A stretch of 64,000 nt of DNA from Guillardia theta CCMP2712 (lineage: Eukaryota; Protista; Cryptophyta): NCBI RefSeq assembly GCF_000315625.1, contig NW_005434539.1:113501-177500 (forward strand). Direction: 5' to 3'. Positions 27,261 through 41,150 of this stretch are shown here, piece after piece. A program made the position numbers and the translations under genes. The notes under the pieces are model-generated. The model had not been told where the DNA came from and did no database searches. It saw only the letters and a list, made by a program, of their open reading frames with translations. Position 1 is the stretch's first letter. Every line of letters begins with the position of its first letter.

Positions 27261-30200
27261 TCTCACTGTGCTGGTCATTGTTACTCGACGGTCTGTTTGC
27301 CATCATCTGCAGTGTGCTGATCCAGATCTCGAACTCCTCGGAATCTGGAGAGAGTGAGAGCAGAAGGAGGGAGAGGGAGGGCAAGGAAAGAAAATGAGGC
27401 AGACGCAGGGAGGAGGGAAGGAGGAAGAGTAAAAGGGAGTGCGAGCAGAGGAGGAGAGGGAGGCAGAGAAGGAGAGGAGATCGAGTGAGAGGGAGGAGAC
27501 AGAATGGTTCAGATTAGCACCAGCTGCTGCTAGGCGAATAACGTCCTTCCCCTGCGAGACTATCAGAGACAGGCAGGAAACTTCTAGTCGTCAAACTGCT
27601 CTCCTACTCTTTTCTCCTGCCCTCCCCTGCTGCGATTAGTTTGTTTGTTGTTGTATTCATTCGCTACCACCTCCATGCTCTTCAGTCTCCTGCCCTCGCC
27701 TTCACATCTTCCTCCTCTTTTTATCTTGTTTTTCTTTCGCCCTCCTCTTCTCTACCATGAACTGTCTCCTTCCTTCTCTCTCTCTACCATGAACTGTCTC
27801 CTTCCTTCTCTGTTCTCTTCCTCCCCTACTCCCTTCTCTCCCCTGCCCTCTCCTCCTTCTCTCTCCTTCTCTCTTTCTCTCATCTCCTCCGCTGCTGTCC
27901 TCTCCCCTCCTTTCCTCTCCTGTCTCCTCCTCCCCTCTCCTCTCTCCTCTCCTCTCCCTCACCGTTTTGATCGCAAGCACGTTCGATCGATTCGTCTCTG
28001 AGAAGGGGCATGCCCAGACCTTCACGCAGCATCACCTCCCGAACATTCCCAGCTCTTCCCCAGCTCTCTCTTCTCTTCTTGTCAGCACAGTCACCTTGCA
28101 ATGGTTGAGGTCGACAGTGCCTGGAGGTGGAAAAACGTCAGAGAAAGAGACAAAGAAAGAGCGAAACAGAAGAGAACAGGAGGACGTAGAGGGTTTGGTT
28201 GCAAGAGGAAGAGAAGGAGGAGGAGGAGGAAGAGGAGAAGAAGGAGGAGAAAGAGATGGAGGAGGAGGAGGAGGAGAAGGAGGAGGAGGAGGAGGAGAAG
28301 GAGGAGGAGGATGACTTACCCAGCGCTGCGTGTGAATCGCCTCCTTCAGAGTCATCGGGTTTGGCAAACCAAAACCTGACAAAGCGAAAGCAATTAAACA
28401 AAAGAGAACGGTAGGAGCAGAAGAACATATGATGATGATGGTGGTGGTGGTGGTGGTGGTGGTGGTGCAGAGAAGGTTGAGGTGTTGATGGTGGAAATGA
28501 TAAAGTGAGAGAGGGAGGGAGGAGGGAGGAAGGAAGGAGTGAGGAGTGAGGAAGGAAGGACTGAGGCTGAAAGGAGGATGAGGATATGATGGAAGAGGGT
28601 TGTTGGCTCACAGTTTGAACCGGACGGGGTCAATCTCAAAGTAGAATTGCGAGAGCGAAGCTGAGAACTTCACGAGGGTCAGCTGGGAAGCAGGTTGGGG
28701 GAGCTTACCTTGGATTTGTTGGACTTCTTGCTCTTTCCTAGCGCCTTGCTCTTAATCTTCGCCCACAAGCCCTTCTGTTCCTTTTCTCAGCTTCTGCTTT
28801 GCTTCCTCTTCTTCCTCCTCCTTCTCTCCCTCCCTTCTCACCTTCTTCTTCTGCAGCGTTTGTCCTTCCATCTGATCGGCCTGGTCGCCAGGAACGCTGA
28901 AGCTTGCTTCTGTTATGAGAAAGGATGAGGAAAAATAATGGAATACAAATGCAGGATGATAGGTGTATCAGAAAGAGGAGGAGGAGGAGGAGGAGGAGGA
29001 GGAGGAGGAGGAGGAGGCGGAAACGGGTGGCAGTCCTCGTCGTATCACCTCTGCTCCTATCAGTGGATGAGGCCATCAGCAGCCAACCATGAAGTCTGTC
29101 AAGTTTCAGCTCAGCTGGGGTAGGTGGTGGAAGTCAGCTGACCTCGGGTAGATGTCCATTTTGAGTGAGCAGAAGATCGTTTGCTTGTTGGACCTGATGT
29201 CCTGAAGGAGCGCGTGAGGGAGGGAGAGGGAGAGGGAGAGGGAGAGGGAGAGGGAGAGGGAGAGGGAGAGGGAGAGGGAGAGGGAGAGGGAGAGGGAGAG
29301 GGAGAGGGAGAGGGAGAGGGAAAGATGGGGAGTGGGCTGTAAGGGAGGGAGATGGAAAGGGGCAACAAGGAGGTCGAAGGGGCGTGCGAACTCACGAGTT
29401 GCTCCGGAGGAGGAAAGATAACTTCCTCTACCTCATGCGGGAATGTCGCAACGCCCCTGTTGCAACATGAGCGAGCGAATAGATGCGAAGTCACGAAAGA
29501 AACGAACAGAAGACAAGAAGAGGAGAGGAGAGGAGAGGAGAGGAGAGGAGTTGAAGACAAAAACAAGAAACAAAAACCAGGGAAGGCGGTTGTAGGTGGG
29601 AGGGGAAGAAGAAGAAAGGAAACGAGCAGAGAAACAAGTAGCGAGGAAAGTTGAGAGTTGTGAGGGATCTTACGTGTTTGTAATCTGACTTTCGCTCTTC
29701 CTCGTCTTCATCTTCTCACTCCGCACGTTGTCTCTTCTCTCTTCTTCATCCTGTCTCGTCCTCTCCGCGCTCTGCTTCTCAAGCTCTGTATGCCCATCTC
29801 GATGACTGCCAGAAGGCCGTCGGGCAATCAGAAGAGAGGAGGAAAAGAGAGGAGAATGAAGAGCAGCAAAGAAGAGATAAGGAGAGAGCCAAGGAGAAGG
29901 ACGACGAGGAAGAGGAGGGAGAGGAGAGGGAGAGAGCAGTGAGAGGAGGAGGAGAGGAAGGCAGAGAAGGAGGAAGCTGGAGCTGGAGCTGGAGCTGGAG
30001 CTGGAGCTGGAGCACAGGGATGCACAAATAGGAGGAGAGGTGAAAGCTTTCGTGTTACCTGTGATGAATGTTTCGCGCCTGATCAACAGCATCTGCTGTA
30101 GGAAAATTGAGAACAAAAGAAGGGAAGGAGGAGCAGATGGAGCGAAAAATAAGGGAAACAAACGAGTGAGCAGGACTGATTTAAGTGATGATCGGACAAA

Positions 30201-31132
30201 AAGAAGGAGAGGAGGAGGAGGGTAATGAGGAAGAGTGAAGTGAAAGAAGGAGGACGGGAAGGAGGAAGAGTGAAGTGAAAGAACAAAGGAGAGGAGAAGA
30301 TCGAGAGGTGACGTCATCACACCATTCTCCTGCAGAGGATCAGGCAGAAGTTTCTTCGTCCCGACCATGACAAGCTCGTTGCCCCCAGGGTTCAGCATGA
30401 CTGGCTTGTGACTTGCCGTCGAGTCCCTCCTGCTCCCTTTCTTCCCCAGCGGCAGCTCTGCCCTGCTGAAGGGACCCCGCAGGTTGAGCAGGCGGTTCGT
30501 GATCACTCCGCTCATCAGGGTGCTCTCCTGGTCCTCAGCCTGACCACCCGTCACCGTCACCAACCTCCTACCCCTCCACAGACTCCTCTTCATCAGCCTC
30601 CTCTTCCTTTCTCTCTCTGGATCTTCCTCCTTTCTCTTCCTCCTCCCCCTCCATCTCAGCTTCCTCCTCCTCCGCTTCCTCCTCCCCTGTTCCTGTTCCT
30701 GTTCCTGTTCCTCGTCTCTGCTGCCCTTCATTCTTGTCGCACCTGATACACAAGCTCCTCCCACAGCTCAGCCGTCGATCGGTTGTCTTCGTGGTTGGGA
30801 CAAGGAGAGATCGAAAGAGTTGCGATGACACTGCGAGGAAGATGAGACATGACAAACGCAGAAGGGAGTGAGAAAAGAAGGGGAGAGGGAAGAGAAGAAC
30901 ATGAGAAGGAGAGAGAGGAGAGAGGCAGTTGACGGTGGGGAGGAAAGAAAGGGAGGAGACGTTGGTGCTGGGGGGGTCAGGGAAGACAGGAAAGAGAATG
31001 GAGATGAGTAGAACTGAGAGGGAAGCCGAGAAAGGAGGAGGAGGAGGAGGAGGAGAGCAACAAAGAAAAAGAAGAAACAAAAGGAGCAAGAGCAGTAGCA
31101 GTAGCAGTAGCGGTAGCAGTAGCAGGACAAGG

Positions 31133-31190
<58 letters not shown>

Positions 31191-33790
31191 AGAACCTGCC
31201 CGCGGCGATCTCGAGCACATGAAGTCGGTCAGGATGAATCGTTAGCGCCTGTAGAAGCGTCATTGAGAGCAACGAGGAGGAAAATTAAGAGAAGAAGCAA
31301 GGGGGCGATCAGGAGCAGTAACTGAACAAAACAAGGAACAGAAAGAGAGGAGGAGGCTGTGGTTGTTGTGGAGGAGGCGGAGTTGCTGCAGAAGGAAGAG
31401 GACGGGAACAGGAGTACAAGGAGGAGAAGGAGAAGAAGGAGAAGGAGAAGGAGAAGAAGGAGAAGGAGAAGGAGAAGAATCTTCAAGTAACCTCAGCCAT
31501 GTCAAGTTTGAGTTCACTGCAAAATTCATCCATGACGCTCACTTGGGACAAGTCGGAGTAACTGCAATGCAATTTAGAGACTTTTGATTTCACCTCCTCC
31601 TCCCCCCCCCTCCCCTCCACCTCCTCCTCGTCTCTCGCCATCTCTTCCCCTTCCCTCCCCTAATGGCCTCGTCCTTACTTGTAGTCCAGCACTAGCTGCA
31701 CGCAGAGGTCTTCCTCCCTCCCCACGGGTGAGCGCAGCATCTCCCTCCTCTCCTCTCCCTGCTCCTGTAGCCTCCCGTTGGGTCTCTCGTGCGCATGATC
31801 CGCTGCTGGAGGAGGAAGGAGAGCGTGCGGCTGCGCCGTGCGCTCCTCCTCGGTTGGAGATCGCAAGTCTTGCCGAGCCACGGGATGGATGGGGAGGAAA
31901 GAGGAGGGAGGAGGAGGAGAGTCGGAGACTGGAGGGGCAGGAGAGGTTGTGGAGGAGACCATGCCGTCCAGGTTGGCGAGGAATCCTGACTTGTCCCTGT
32001 CGACGCCAAGAAGCCAAAGAAGAAAATTAGAACAAGGAGCAAAAGGGTCGAGGAGAGAACAGTGATGAGGCGATAGGAAGCAAGACGATGGTCAAAACAT
32101 CGTCGAGGTCGAAGGAAGACGAAGAGGGGGCAGAAGAAGGAGCATGAGAAGGAGCAGGAGGAAACGTTCATACCTCTCCACTCTTTCTACAGGGGGGTCG
32201 ATGGAGGGTGTGGGGCTGGAAGAAGGGGAGATGGCTCGATCGAGCATGCTGTAATTGTAATCCTCAGTCACGTCGTTGCCCTCCTGCTGCCTCTGCACAG
32301 CCTGACGGGAGACGGCGATGAGCTGCTGGCGGAAGTGAAAGTCTTGATTATCGAGAGTGAGGGAATGAAATCTGCCCGTCTTGTCCGGCGTCTCCAGCCT
32401 GAGGCTGTTGTCGAGGGGATGGTAACTGCGCCAGATCTCTCTTGGTGGTGACTGCGACGATCATGAGCGAGGGAGAGGAGAAGATGTGGGGAGAGAGGGA
32501 GGAAGGGATAGAGGACGATGCGGGAGATGAAGTGGAAGAGCAAGAGCAAGAGCAAGAGCAAGCGCAAGAGCAAGAGCAAGAGCAAGAGCAAGAGCAAGCG
32601 CAAGAGCAAGAGCAAGAGCAAGCGCAAGAGCAAGAGCAAGAGCAAGAGCAAGAGCAAGAGCAAGAGCAAGAGCAAGAGCAAGAGCAAGAGCAAGAGCAAG
32701 AGCAAGGAAATGAGTGTTGAAGAGGGAGGAATGTGGACAAAAGGACCTCGCATGATAAAAACCAAACAAACTAGGGACCGATGACAAAGAAAACTGAGGG
32801 ATTGAGGAGAAGAGTTATTGTTATATCTTACCTCTGCATGAAGATTTTCGTTGTTCATCTCTGATCGTCTCATGTTCTCATCAAACTCTCGTCTTGAGGG
32901 CCTCTCCTCTCCAACATGCCGTTTCATCTTGTTGCTCTCAATGAAGATCTTCTTCATGATTAGCTTGAACTTCTCGAACGGAAGAATGTCGCTATCATCT
33001 TGAGTCGCACGTCTGCCAATCGCAATCAGAAGACTTTCTTCCAACAGAAATCAAAATTCTGACGCGCAGGAGATCACAGAGCAACAAGAGCAAGGCTTGA
33101 AACACGGAAAGCATGGATCTAAAGGTACCTGAATCGGTGAAGCGCTTCTTCCTTGGATATGATGGAAGGAATCTGCACAGATGTATCAGGGAGAAGCCTT
33201 GAACAGAAAACATGCACTGTACAATATTCTTTCTCTCCAGCAATTTCAGGAAATGTTTTTCCTTCAGCGGTTTCCCGTTCGTCCTCGCAGTGTTTTCTCG
33301 CTCCTCCCTCCTCCTCTCGCTACTCGCCTGCTAACCATTCATCATCGCTGTCGGGGCAGAAGCAGCTCACCGTCAGGTCTCGCGCATGTGCTTCAAGGTG
33401 CGTGTGCTTGCGATGGCTGACAGAAATTGTCGGAGAGTGTAGGAGAAGCAAGCAAATGATGAACCTTGAGTCGACCGGGTGCTGCGCATTCTGCTTGTCC
33501 GGCATGCCAGCTTCGTTCCTGTCGTTCTTGTCTCGTATGTCTCTGTCAGACTTGTGGAATCGACTGTTGAAGTCCGCGAGGATGCCTTGAATACAAATCT
33601 CCATCTCCTCTCTTGTCATCGCCTCCTCGTTCTCTTGCACCTCCTTCACCCCCTCCCGAAAACTTTTCGTCCTCATCCTCAGCGCATGGATGAAGTGCGA
33701 TGTTGCTTGGGATGGACTGATCAACGTTGGGATGAGGTTGCGGGTTGATAATTCGCCGAGAAAGTCCGACAGAGTGAAGAGACGAGCTGA
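25450..33790 (-). CDS. Large hypothetical multi-exon gene(s) with low-complexity introns
   Basis: Scattered protein-like exons: [15 protein letters not shown]...[70 protein letters not shown] (PH-domain-like terminal helix), [14 protein letters not shown]. Exon chain not resolved. Confidence 0.4.
29217..29320. repeat. (GAGGGA)n hexamer microsatellite
   Basis: Direct reading. Confidence 0.95.
32536..32706. repeat. (AAGAGC)n hexamer microsatellite
   Basis: Direct reading; occasional AAGCGC variant. Confidence 0.95.
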
Positions 33791-33964
33791 AGCGACTGGT
33801 CACCAAATGTCATGTTATGCTGTGTTGAAAACTTTCTTTGCAGCTTACCAGCTTCATTCTTATGTCTTGCTTTTTCAGGTGACATCCCGTCTGTCATCAA
33901 AATGCCTTCTATCAGCACAAATCTTGCATTTGATTTTTCTTTGCCTTTGATCTTTGCGCCGGTG

Positions 33965-34734
33965 TCAGGACTTGAATAAGATACCGAAGCGTCATTCTCC
34001 TAGCACAAGGTTGGAACACACAATGAAAACAATCGAACTCAACCTTTTGATGCGTTGTGTGCGGCCTCTTGTTCACAATTCTTGCTTGGAGGATCGCAGC
34101 TGTAACGGGTTGCCTGAAGCTGGCAAACGCGTAAGACATGAATTCAACAGGTCACCATATTACATGGAGCTATCCTTGTTGTTTGCAAGTGACAACAGCT
34201 CATATGCCTGCAAACTGTCAAGACTCAATCAAATCCTTTGGTGTTAACATCACCAGCCGATCGCTGCTCACACTTCGAGATGTTTTCTACAACATTTGTC
34301 AGCCATGCAAAGGCAAGCAACCACGAGCAGCGCACATCTTCATAGACAGTGACGATGACCACCGCTTTCTGCTTGATACTATCCCGCTGCCTTACTTTGA
34401 TTCTGCCTTGCGGAACATTCAAGACTTTTGTGATGTCCAGAAGGATCTGGATGGGCCAGTCTGGCGGCAGCTTTCGGGGCTCCAGCACAAGGAGTACATG
34501 CGAGGATGCCGCAGCTGCTCCTCCTGGTGGAGAGCTTGCGCTCTCACTCCTGTGACCGTCGGCAGGGCGACGAGACTGAAGTTGCTCCGATGTCATGAGG
34601 GACATGCCGCTAGATACAGGGATCAAGCAGCTGAGCCCAGCGAGCAAGGATTTAACAAGAAGACTGTTGTGGACTGCCGCATGCTATGGAGAATGAGTTC
34701 TTCTCTCAGCTTCAGCACGCTGTCTCCTAGCTGA
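33965..34734 (+). CDS. Hypothetical Cys-containing protein, probably spliced
   Basis: ORF 34138-34734 core RDVFYNICQPC...QDFCDV...GCRSCSSWW looks coding; possible upstream exon from about 33965. Boundaries uncertain. Confidence 0.4.
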
Positions 34735-35264
34735 ACACCGGGGTGAACCCTGCTCAATATGATCTCCAAGCTCCTTTCATCAGCGTGTCTCTTGCCTGCT
34801 CCTCTCCACCCCTTCCATGTCTCTCCTCTCTTCTCTTTTCCTCTCCTCTCCTCTCCTCTCCTCTCCTCTCCTCTCTCTTATTCTCTCCAATTTCTCCTCT
34901 CTTCTCCTCTCTCCCCTCATCTTCCTCTCTTCACTCGCTCCCCTCGCCACGCATTTCCATCCGCGCCTCGCCGCATGCCAGAGATATCCACCCTACCCCA
35001 CCCATACTGAACTGGACTACCCCTCATACCAAGACCCCACCCATTACGCCCTCGATCTCTACCACATGTCTAGCTAGAGAATTTGAATCAGCCTCACTAC
35101 CCCTACCCCACCCGTTCTAATCCAAACTACCTTGACCCGAGCCTCTCGTCCGATTGGCCGGGCGGGGCCCGGGGTTGTAGTACCCCAGACTACCCCCCGG
35201 GTCGGATTCCAAATTACCACCCCACCCCTCAAACAGATGATGTCCGCCTCGCTCAAGCTCCGAT

Positions 35265-36060
35265 GACTCGCGGCTTCGCTGGCCGGGGGGGTTTGACAAG
35301 CGTCAAATTCAACCGTCCAACTTCCTCCCGCCCGGAGGCGAGCGCGGCCCGGCCGGGGGGCGGGGGGGCGGCTCCGGGCGGGGCCGAGTAGCCCACACCG
35401 TCACTGCCGAAGCAGCCTACTACTGACTAGCGGCCAACGTAACGGTCTCAGCCTCAGCCGAGACGTTAGTGACTATAAACGGTCGGAACCCGCCGCAGTC
35501 GGGCCGCCGGGCAAACCGTTCACGGTTCACGGCGGGTTTGAACGGTTCACCAAGCGGCCCTCAGGGCCTAGCCCGCCGGCCTGCGCAGTGCCAGCCTGCC
35601 CCAGGCAGCTTCCGATCTCACGGCCGCAAGTCAGCCGCTGCCCCGGCCGCGGCCCGGTACTGCAGCACAGTGCGCTTCTCTATCTGGGCCATAAGAAGCT
35701 TAAACAGATCGTCCGGCCCAGTGCGGCCTCACTGACCGACACGGCCAGTGATCCGGGACGACGGCCAGCCTCCCTGCGCACCGCGACTCAATGATTGCGG
35801 CACATGAGAGTCTTGCTGCACGACCCCGAAGGCCCCGGTGCCGCAGTGCAGGCGCCGCTGCTTCTAGACCCAGTGACTGGCAGCTCCTCCTTCCTCGCTC
35901 TCCAAGCCGCCTCCGCCACGAGTCCGACACTGACTGCCATGGCCCCACTGACTCGGACCCGTGACTCCGGTGACCCGCCGCCCGCCGAGTCCATCCGAGT
36001 CGCGGCCGGTCGCCGCGGAACCTCCTCCTCCGATGGGCCGCGCCGAACGTCCGGCTAGGG
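35265..36060. repeat. GC-rich palindrome-dense island 5; 35800-36080 is an insertion-riddled copy of the adjacent tandem unit
   Basis: gcacat..gtcttgctgcacgaccccga, ggcagctcctccttcctcgctctccaagcc and gctcaagtc match the array unit, with short palindromic inserts between them. Confidence 0.75.
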
Positions 36061-37244
36061 GTGCTCAAGTCCCGGAGTCCGACTGCGTATGCTGGAGGGC
36101 GTGATTACGTTAGAATAAACCATGTTGCTCTCATCCTTCAACCGTCCTAAGTTGTCCGCAAGAGGCCCTGAGAGGGTCTGAGAGTTTGTCCTGCCTGCCT
36201 CCCGAGCCCGGCACTGAACGCCGGGTCTCCCGGATCGGACCGTCACTGAGTCACGCCAGGCTTAGGCCCTCCGTGCCCGGCCGGGTGACCCGCGCAGGCC
36301 CGGCTGCCCACAAGCCGTGAGGGGCTCAGGGCCCGGAGCCCCATGAGGGTCAGCGGACTCGAAACGGCGCAGCCTCGATTTATCCCAGCCAGCCCGCACT
36401 GGATCCATCGCGTTCTATTTACCCGAGACAAGACACACATCTTTACACACATTTCCGGTCACGGCTCCTATGCCATGAAGGGCACACGGCCCGCGCGCAG
36501 TGCGTCACGGCCTTTCCAGGGGTGAGAATTTTCTAGATGCTGACAAGTAGATGTCACCAGCCGTTGCGTTTTAGGCCCAACTCCCTTCCCAGGCCCCCCC
36601 CCCCTCCCTATAAAGGCTTCCTTCCCCCGATCGAGCTCCCACTGCCTTGTGCCCTCTGCCTTGACCACAGCCCTGCTGCCTGCCTTGTGCCATCGACCAG
36701 CTCTAAGCCTCTCTTGCGGCAAGTGACCCTCTCCCCCTCCGACTGCTCATCTCCCTCCCCCGCTTCACACCATGACCTGTGCGCACATCTTGCTGCACGA
36801 CCCCGAGACCCTGCAGGCGCCTGCCTCCAGACCTCAGCGCCTTCCCGACGGTCCTCTTGGACGGCCAGCTATCTCACGGGACGGCCGCGTCCTGCCTGGC
36901 AGCTCCTCCTTCCTCGCTCTCCAAGCCTCCGCCACCGCCATTGGCACCCGCTCCATCGACGCGCGAGGCAACTTTGTCCTCAAGCCGGACGTTCGCCCAT
37001 CGGAGGAGGAGGAGATGATCATGGCCGAGACGACAGAGGCGGCGAGCCGGAAGCTCAAGTCGCTGCGTATGCTGGAGGGCGTGATTACGTTAGAATAAAC
37101 CATGTTGCTCTCATCCTTCAACCGTCCTAAGTTGTCCGCAAGAGGCCCTGAGAGGGTCTGAGAGTTTGTCCTGCCTGCCTCCCGAGCCCGGCACTGAACG
37201 CCGGGTCTCCCGGATCGGACCGTCACTGAGTCACGCCAGGCTTA

Positions 37245-38211
37245 GGGTCGCCTAACGCGAGAGCAGATTGGCAACAAAATCCTGGAATATTTCAGACCCT
37301 GAAATTTATTTGAAAAATACAACAATTTAGTTTGAATCCGTTTTTAGAGTGTAAATTGCTATTTTTGTCATCGTTTGTGTTCAAATTCCCAGCAATCTCC
37401 ATCATCGCACACATGGCGGATGCGAACGAAAGTTGAGACACAGCGTGTGCTGATTGTTTGGTTCCTCTTGCTCCGAGCGCATATATGCAAACTTTTCCTC
37501 TATTATACATGTTGGTTGTCTCCCGATGACACAGGGAGGGAGCCGGGGGGGGGCTGAAGGAAACGAGATTCTGGAATACAACTTTGTGTTGGCTGAGAGT
37601 GCTTTCTACTGTCATGGAGGCTAGTGGACCCGTTCTTTAGGAAACTTGCTATTGAAAGTACCAAAGAATGCTCAGGCTGGCAAGAAACGAACTGCGGCAA
37701 AGGAGATGGAGGCAAGGAAGGAAGGAGGGGTGGCATCGTTGGAAAAAAAAGGGCGGATACTAGCGACCTGGGGTGGAAGGTGAGAAGGAATCCATATGTA
37801 AAGAGTTTGGTTTCAAAGATTCGAAAGCCTCTTAGTTTAAAGAGGTTTTACCCATGTATACCTGTCAAATCTTCCTCTGCATGTTGAGAGAGCTCGCCTT
37901 CCAGTGGCATTATGGGCGATTCTATAGGTCATTTTGATAAATGTTCATGCCCTTTGAGACGCTTTAACATGCACGAAGACTGCCATCCATCGTCGTAGTC
38001 GTCTTCAGATCATTCCTCCTCCCATTCATCATGATCCTCGCATCATGTCGCTTGCTGCATGTCCATCGGTGCCTAGGGGAAATGCAATCTGAAGATTGCT
38101 TTTCGTCTGAAAAGATTTTGTTTATAATTCACTTTTAATAGAAATCCATGGAAGATTTCAAATCGCCCGAGATGTGTTGACTAAAATTAGTACCAGGAAA
38201 ATTGGATTTTG
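37245..38211. mobile_element. Probable non-autonomous DNA transposon (MITE, PIF/Harbinger-like) interrupting the array; right end lies in the gap
   Basis: Array homology stops at CTTA|GGGTCG. Unique AT-rich ~1-kb insert. Left subterminal CAAAATCC (37275) mirrors GGATTTTG just before the gap. The array resumes after the gap about 110 nt past the insertion point. Confidence 0.5.
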
Positions 38212-39617
38212 NNNNNNNNNNNNNNNNNNNNNNNNNNNNNNNNNNNNNNNNNNNNNNNNNNNNNNNNNNNNNNNNNNNNNNNNNNNNNNNNNNNNNNNNN
38301 NNNNNNNNNNNNNNNNNNNNNNNNNNNNNNNNNNNNNNNNNNCTCGATCTATCCCAGCCAGCCCGCACTGGATCCATCGCGTTCTATCTACCCGAGACAA
38401 GACACCCTTCCACACATCTTTACACACATCTCCGGTCACGGCTCCTATGCCATGAAGGGCACACGGCCCGCGCGCAGTGCGTCACGGCCTTTCCAGGGGC
38501 GAGAATCTTCTAGATGGCTGNNNNNNNNNNNNNNNNNNNNNNNNNNNNNNNNNNNNNNNNNNNNNNNNNNNNNNNNNNNNNNNNNNNNNNNNNNNNNNNN
38601 NNNNNNNNNNNNNNNNNNNNNNNNNNNNNNNNNNNNNNNNNNNNNNNNNNNNNNNNNNNNNNNNNNNNNNNNNNNNNNNNNNNNNNNNNNNNNNNNNNNN
38701 NNNNNNNNNNNNNNNNNNNNNNNNNNNNNNNNNNNNNNNNNNNNNNNNNNNNNNNNNNNNNNNNNNNNNNNNNNNNNNNNNNNNNNNNNNNNNNNNNNNN
38801 NNNNNNNNNNNNNNNNNNNNNNNNNNNNNNNNNNNNNNNNNNNNNNNNNNNNNNNNNNNNNNNNNNNNNNNNNNNNNNNNNNNNNNNNNNNNNNNNNNNN
38901 NNNNNNNNNNNNNNNNNNNNNNNNNNNNNNNNNNNNNNNNNNNNNNNNNNNNNNNNNNNNNNNNNNNNNNNNNNNNNNNNNNNNNNNNNNNNNNNNNNNN
39001 NNNNNNNNNNNNNNNNNNNNNNNNNNNNNNNNNNNNNNNNNNNNNNNNNNNNNNNNNNNNNNNNNNNNNNNNNNNNNNNNNNNNNNNNNNNNNNNNNNNN
39101 NNNNNNNNNNNNNNNNNNNNNNNNNNNNNNNNNNNNNNNNNNNNNNNNNNNNNNNNNNNNNNNNNNNNNNNNNNNNNNNNNNNNNNNNNNNNNNNNNNNN
39201 NNNNNNNNNNNNNNNNNNNNNNNNNNNNNNNNNNNNNNNNNNNNNNNNNNNNNNNNNNNNNNNNNNNNNNNNNNNNNNNNNNNNNNNNNNNNNNNNNNNN
39301 NNNNNNNNNNNNNNNNNNNNNNNNNNNNNNNNNNNNNNNNNNNNNNNNNNNNNNNNNNNNNNNNNNNNNNNNNNNNNNNNNNNNNNNNNNNNNNNNNNNN
39401 NNNNNNNNNNNNNNNNNNNNNNNNNNNNNNNNNNNNNNNNNNNNNNNNNNNNNNNNNNNNNNNNNNNNNNNNNNNNNNNNNNNNNNNGACAAGTAGATGT
39501 CACCAGCCGTTGCGTTCTAGGCCCAACTCCCTTCCCAGGCCCCCTCCCCCTCCCTATAAAGGCTTCCTTCCCCCGATCGAGCTCCCACTGCCTTGTGCGC
39601 TCTGCCTTGACCACAGC

Positions 39618-39864
39618 TGTTGTATCCATGAGGATCCGGAACCTCGGATACTCGTCGGATACTCTGCCGGATATTCCCTATATAGGCGGACGCATTTCGT
39701 GCGGACGGCCTCCTGAATGTCCCCCACTTGCATGCACAGTGAGTGTGGTGGTTGTGCGTAGTTTACCTCCTAGTAAACTTAGAGACTTCTATTTCCTGCT
39801 TCTCAATCTTCTTCATCCTTACTTTACTCGTGTCGTCGACAATCTCTGTGTTGTGTATACAACA
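39618..39864. mobile_element. Solo LTR (247 bp), Ty1/copia-like termini
   Basis: TGTTGTAT...ATACAACA inverted termini, 5-bp target-site duplication ACAGC (39613-39617 and 39865-39869), internal TATATA. The empty site is visible in other array units. Confidence 0.88.
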
Positions 39865-41058
39865 ACAGCCCTGCTGCCTGCCTTGTGCCATCGACCAGCT
39901 CTAAGCCTCTCTTGCGGCAAGTGACCCTCTCCCCCTCCGACTGCTCATCTCCCTCCCCCGCTTCACACCATGACCTGTGCGCACATCTTGCTGCACGACC
40001 CCGAGACCCTGCAGGCGCCTGCCTCCAGACCTCAGCGCCTTCCCGACGGTCCTCTTGGACGGCCAGCTATCTCACGGGACGGCCGCGTCCTGCCTGGCAG
40101 CTCCTCCTTCCTCGCTCTCCAAGCCTCCGCCACCGCCATTGGCACCCGCTCCATCGACGCGCGAGGCAACTTTGTCCTCAAGCCGGACGTTCGCCCATCG
40201 GAGGAGGAGGAGATGATCATGGCCGAGACGACTCACGACAGAGGCGGCGAGCCGGAAGCTCAAGTCGCTGCGTATGCTGGAGGGCGTGATTACGTTAGAA
40301 TAAACCATGTTGCTCTCATCCTTCAACCGTCCTAAGTTGTCCGCAAGAGGCCCTGAGAGGGTCTGAGAGTTTGTCCTGCCTGCCTCCCGAGCCCGGCACT
40401 GAACGCCGGGTCTCCCGGATCGGACCGTCACGCCCGGCTTAGGCCCTCCGTGCCCGGCCGGGTGACCCGCGCAGGCCCGGCTGCCCACGAGCCGTGAGGG
40501 TCTCAGGGCCCGGAGCCCCATGAGGGTCAGCGGACTCGAAACGGCGCAGCCTCGATCTATCCCAGCCAGCCCGCACTGGATCCATCGCGTTCTATCTACC
40601 CGAGACAAGACACCCTTCCACACGTCTTTACACACATCTCCGGTCACGGCTCCTATGCCATGAAGGGCACACGGCCCGCGCGCAGTGCGTCACGGCCTTT
40701 CCAGGGGCGAGAATCTTCTAGATGGCTGGCAATCGGTTAGCGGAAGCTTCAGGGGGCGCTTCTTCTGAATGCTGACAAGTAGATGTCACCAGCCGTTGCG
40801 TTCTAGGCCCAACTCCCTTCCCAGGNNNNNNNNNNNNNNNNNNNNNNNNNNNNNNNNNNNNNNNNNNNNNNNNNNNNNNNNNNNNNNNNNNNNNNNNNNN
40901 NNNNNNNNNNNNNNNNNNNNNNNNNNNNNNNNNNNNNNNNNNNNNNNNNNNNNNNNNNNNNNNNNNNNNNNNNNNNNNNNNNNNNNNNNNNNNNNNNNNN
41001 NNNNNNNNNNNNNNNNNNNNNNNNNNNNNNNNNNNNNNNNNNNNNNNNNNNNNNNNNN

Positions 41059-41150
41059 GTAAACTTAGAGACTTCTATTTCCTGCTTCTCAATCTTCTTC
41101 ATCCTTACTTTACTCGTGTCGTCGACAATCTCTGTGTTGTGTATACAACA
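41059..41150. mobile_element. Second copy of the solo LTR (3' part; 5' part in the gap)
   Basis: Identical to 39772-39864 and followed by the same ACAGC at the same unit position. Confidence 0.85.
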
